Shown piece by piece: positions 32,801 through 35,579 of a stretch of 35,579 bases of DNA. The notes beneath the pieces were generated by a model. The model had not been told where the DNA came from and did no database searches. It saw only the letters and a list, made by a program, of their open reading frames with translations. The position numbers and the translations under genes are program-made. The stretch covers positions 1-35,579 of the forward strand of contig BDIP01000057.1 of assembly GCA_003568945.1 (NCBI GenBank), written 5' to 3'. Within the stretch, counting starts at the first letter, position 1; each line of letters begins with the position of its first letter. The DNA is from Kipferlia bialata (taxonomy: Eukaryota).

Positions 32801-33685
32801 GAACCATAGCCCTCTCTGACCTGGAGTAAGGCACTGTTAACAGCATATGCACTGCACCTCTGACTGTGGTAGAACAGTGTATTCAGACGACGAATATTGT
32901 GGTCCACTCACATAAGAGGTATGGTAGGCTCACAGAAGAGCTCAGTTCTGGCTATATCTAATGCCTGGGATGAGACCACACGAGAGTGAGTGGGGGAGGG
33001 GGGGGGGGGTACTATAACAATTTTCAACCATTGGTGTATGACGTACATCAGATCAGTACTAAGACAATCCCTGACACACAACAGACAAGGCATGGCATCC
33101 ATACGACACCCACCTCCTCTACCTCTGTCAAGAGGTCCTCTGGTGTACTGTGTTCCAGACACATAGCAAGGTTCTGTGCCACCTACGGGTAAGACACAAG
33201 TGGAGTATAGTATATATCGATAGTCCGGATTGCTCGTCGTGAATAAATGGCTTGTGAGTAGGTGTTTTCAAAGTGAACAATATATGTATACCTTGACCCT
33301 GAGGACTGCTGCTCTCTCTCTCCTTCTCTCACTCTCCCTCATGGCCTCTCCTGTGAGAGAGCAAGTGCTACACTTGCAAGTGAAGTCATACATACGTTCC
33401 AGGTATTCGTGTCTCTCCTGCCTACACAGCCTGAGCGTTAGTAGGGTGCAAAAACCTCAGACTTAGACTGCTGCTAGTAACAGTGAAAAGAAATGAACAC
33501 CCACAGCTCATATGCGTATTCTGTACACATACCAGGGGTCGGTATAGCAGAGAGTGAGTTCCTGCCCTTCACGAACGTCGCATGCTGTGCGGATCATGGC
33601 TCTTCCCTGGTGTAAAAATGTATCATTGAAGAGACGGAGGGGGAACTAAGTCCCTTAGTGACAAATGGGTCTTCTATCTAGCAAA

Positions 33686-33730
<45 letters not shown>

Positions 33731-34559
33731 TATAAACATATGTGACACTACCTGTGTATCCTCTCTGTGTGTCATGGTCAGGTTGGGGGCACAGGAGTGG
33801 TTGATCCTAGCTGTCAGAGTGCATCGGCAACGTCTATCATACTATCCGACATATGCAGCGACAGAATGTGATAATATGCAGGGGGGGGGAGGGGAGCTCT
33901 TGACAAAGATGCCAATGTTTTGATTTACACAGATGACGAGATCCATATGAACACACCGTACCTTGCGGCCGTAGGAAAGAGAGCGTTCCCCAGAGGACAC
34001 CTATATGCGTTAGTAATGAAGACGCCCTCGGGGGTCTTGGCCCCACCATGGGTGCTGGGGTGGGTATGGTCAAGGAAGATAGTAGAAACTAATACCATGT
34101 TGCTCACACAGTGTACTTGCAAACAAGATAGGGTACCTGTTGACATCAAACAGCTCCATCATCTGTCTCTGCTTCTTGGGATGGAGCTTCGCAAACTCTT
34201 CCTGAACAAGGAGATCGTTGCTGGTGGGTGAGATGCAGAGAGATTCCAGAGAGTATAGCTATGCTGCATAATACATATAATGTACACAATATAGACGTCC
34301 CCCTCCACAGCATCACAAACAATACCCACCTCTTTCCAGGAATGAAGAGGACTGGTAACTCACTCACCACTAGAGAGCCCTGAGATGAGCGATGCACTAA
34401 CTACATACATGCTACGATATGCTATGAGATGAAATGGAGTTGTTAACAGTGTATGGACCGCTCATTCACCGTTAGTACCTGCTTCAGGTCTCTTGCGGCC
34501 ACCAGCCCCATGCCCTTGCCCTTTATCTTTGTCAATCGGTATGCAGCGGCCTTCATCAT
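29802..34559 (-). CDS. Gene 4: tandem double SET-domain protein (SMYD/Set5-like split SET without MYND finger, post-SET CxCxxC and helical C-terminal module, duplicated); putative lysine methyltransferase
   Basis: About 28 short exons from ATG at 34559 to TGA at 29804-29802. Unit 1: MMKAAAYRLTKIKGKGMGLVAARDLKQGSLVVSELPVL…GVFITNAY…ALFPTAARINHSCAPN…IRTACDVREGQELTLCYTDPW…YDFTCKCSTCSL…LVTEGGHKGLERFRQYAKCPSSHP. Unit 2: VVPIEGKGMGVVATRHIIRGELILDEAPLL…IFMCN…VYLFGCRFRHNCVPN…YRAMRDIEEGEEMTVAY…SCDCELCSL…MLSEGDHMGLEQAKAWAERP, then a basic tail KKGGQKKKNKGRRH*. Confidence 0.92.
33689..33729. repeat. (TA)n microsatellite in an intron of gene 4
   Basis: About 20 uninterrupted TA units. Confidence 0.95.
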
Positions 34560-34728
34560 TGTCGAGTGCGTCAGAACGAAGTGGAAACACCAGACCACAT
34601 GTTTTTTGTGTCTTCAGAGAAAAGGGTGTAGTCACTCCTTTTTTGCGAAATAAGGGTACACAGTAAACCGTCATGCCTCATGACCAAACAGAGTCTATAG
34701 GGTGGCTGGCTGTCGATAGGACTCGGAG
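34560..34728. promoter_or_regulatory. Short divergent intergenic region, probable bidirectional promoter
   Basis: About 170 bp lie between the ATG of gene 4 (34559, -) and the proposed ATG of gene 5 (34729, +), with T-tracts. No specific motif is assigned. Confidence 0.5.
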
Positions 34729-35528
34729 ATGCCTCCAAATTCAAAGGACCCATTGCATCAGATGGGTATCGAAGACCAGAAGTGTTGTGAGATCATAGAC
34801 CGTGATATCCGGCACCTTACAAGCTATTTGTACGTGATTATATATATCTGTCCTTGCACGTGAGGTCTCTCCTCACAGTGTGGGATACTAGAGGCTATTC
34901 TTGTTCTTTCTCTTGGTGTTAAACGTGTCAGTTCCCCTTGCGACAGTGCATCACTTCTTCTCTCATTTGTCATCAAATACTTCTACTGTTTGGCCACCCC
35001 CTATACTAGTGATACTCACTCCAGGTATCCAATTACGGCTGTAGCGAAGTTCGAAAACATGTGGGACACAGTGGTTGACGTTAGACTGATTCTCTGTGGA
35101 AGGTATTCAGTCCAAGTATCTGTATATAGCTGACAGTTAAGTGTCATCCATCATGAAAGTGCCTGAGTAGTAGTAACAAGACCTTGAATGCATCAGTAGG
35201 TGTACTGGGACTAATTTGATTGAATTGCACTGACTCTAAGGACTAAGACGAAGTTTGGTCCCCGGTTCTTTGATGATGGGTTCCCACATTGCAGGGTATG
35301 GTTGGATACTATATACTGTATTGACACTTGAGCACTCGCCATTGGTTGGCTGATCTCTTACTATTGTAGACAGTTCGTACCCCCCCCCCCTCTCTCTCTC
35401 TCTCCTGTGTACCCCTCTTCTCTCTATCTTACCCCCAGGCTAAAGACATTCCTGACACTGCGGCTCTAGAGAAATGGCTGCAGCGGCAGGCTGACGATGA
35501 GTTATCTGCGATGTACATGGATTACAAG
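34729..35528 (+). CDS. Gene 5: hypothetical protein, first four exons (continues beyond window)
   Basis: Exons 34729-34829, 35025-35103, 35241-35295 and 35439-35528 have consistent phases: MPPNSKDPLHQMGIEDQKCCEIIDRDIRHLTSYL|YPITAVAKFENMWDTVVDVRLILCGR|TKTKFGPRFFDDGFPHCR|AKDIPDTAALEKWLQRQADDELSAMYMDYK. The first exon is less certain. Confidence 0.7.
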
Positions 35529-35535
35529 GTACAAT

Positions 35536-35569
<34 letters not shown>

Positions 35570-35579
35570 CCTCTTTCTT

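Noticed and set aside
35538..35571. Poly-C tract at the window end as a telomere or G-quadruplex element
   Set aside because: It is a homopolymer within a gene 5 intron near the sequence end. Similar C/G runs occur in other introns, and its length is unreliable.

Overview
Eukaryotic, very intron-rich protist DNA. It has (TA)n/(CT)n-rich introns, (GA)n-encoded ERERE tracts and a branch point almost fused to the 3' splice site. This style resembles the free-living fornicate Kipferlia, an inference from sequence style only. I reconstructed five spliced genes by hand, checking reading phase at the junctions. (1) A 5'-truncated His/Pro/Gly- and Glu/Arg-rich unknown protein (+, <19-10461, ~24 exons). 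(2) A ~1300-aa coiled-coil protein with an internal DnaJ domain (-, 10906->20070, ~21 exons). (3) A ~2700-aa LRR + giant coiled-coil, centriolin-like protein (+, ~20424-29526). (4) A tandem double SET-domain protein (-, 29802-34559, ~28 exons). (5) The start of an unknown gene (+, 34729->35528). The main discovery candidate is an 'exon echo' architecture across the first ~21.5 kb. Most introns there carry 1-5 partial copies of their flanking exons with the splice site attached. Exon 3' half + GT donor copies lie downstream of the exon; branch point + AG + exon 5' half copies lie upstream. These echoes differ from the working exon mostly by synonymous or conservative codon changes, more than simple neutral decay predicts. 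No echoes are visible in the neighbouring 27-intron SET gene. All gene models are manual and lack transcript support.
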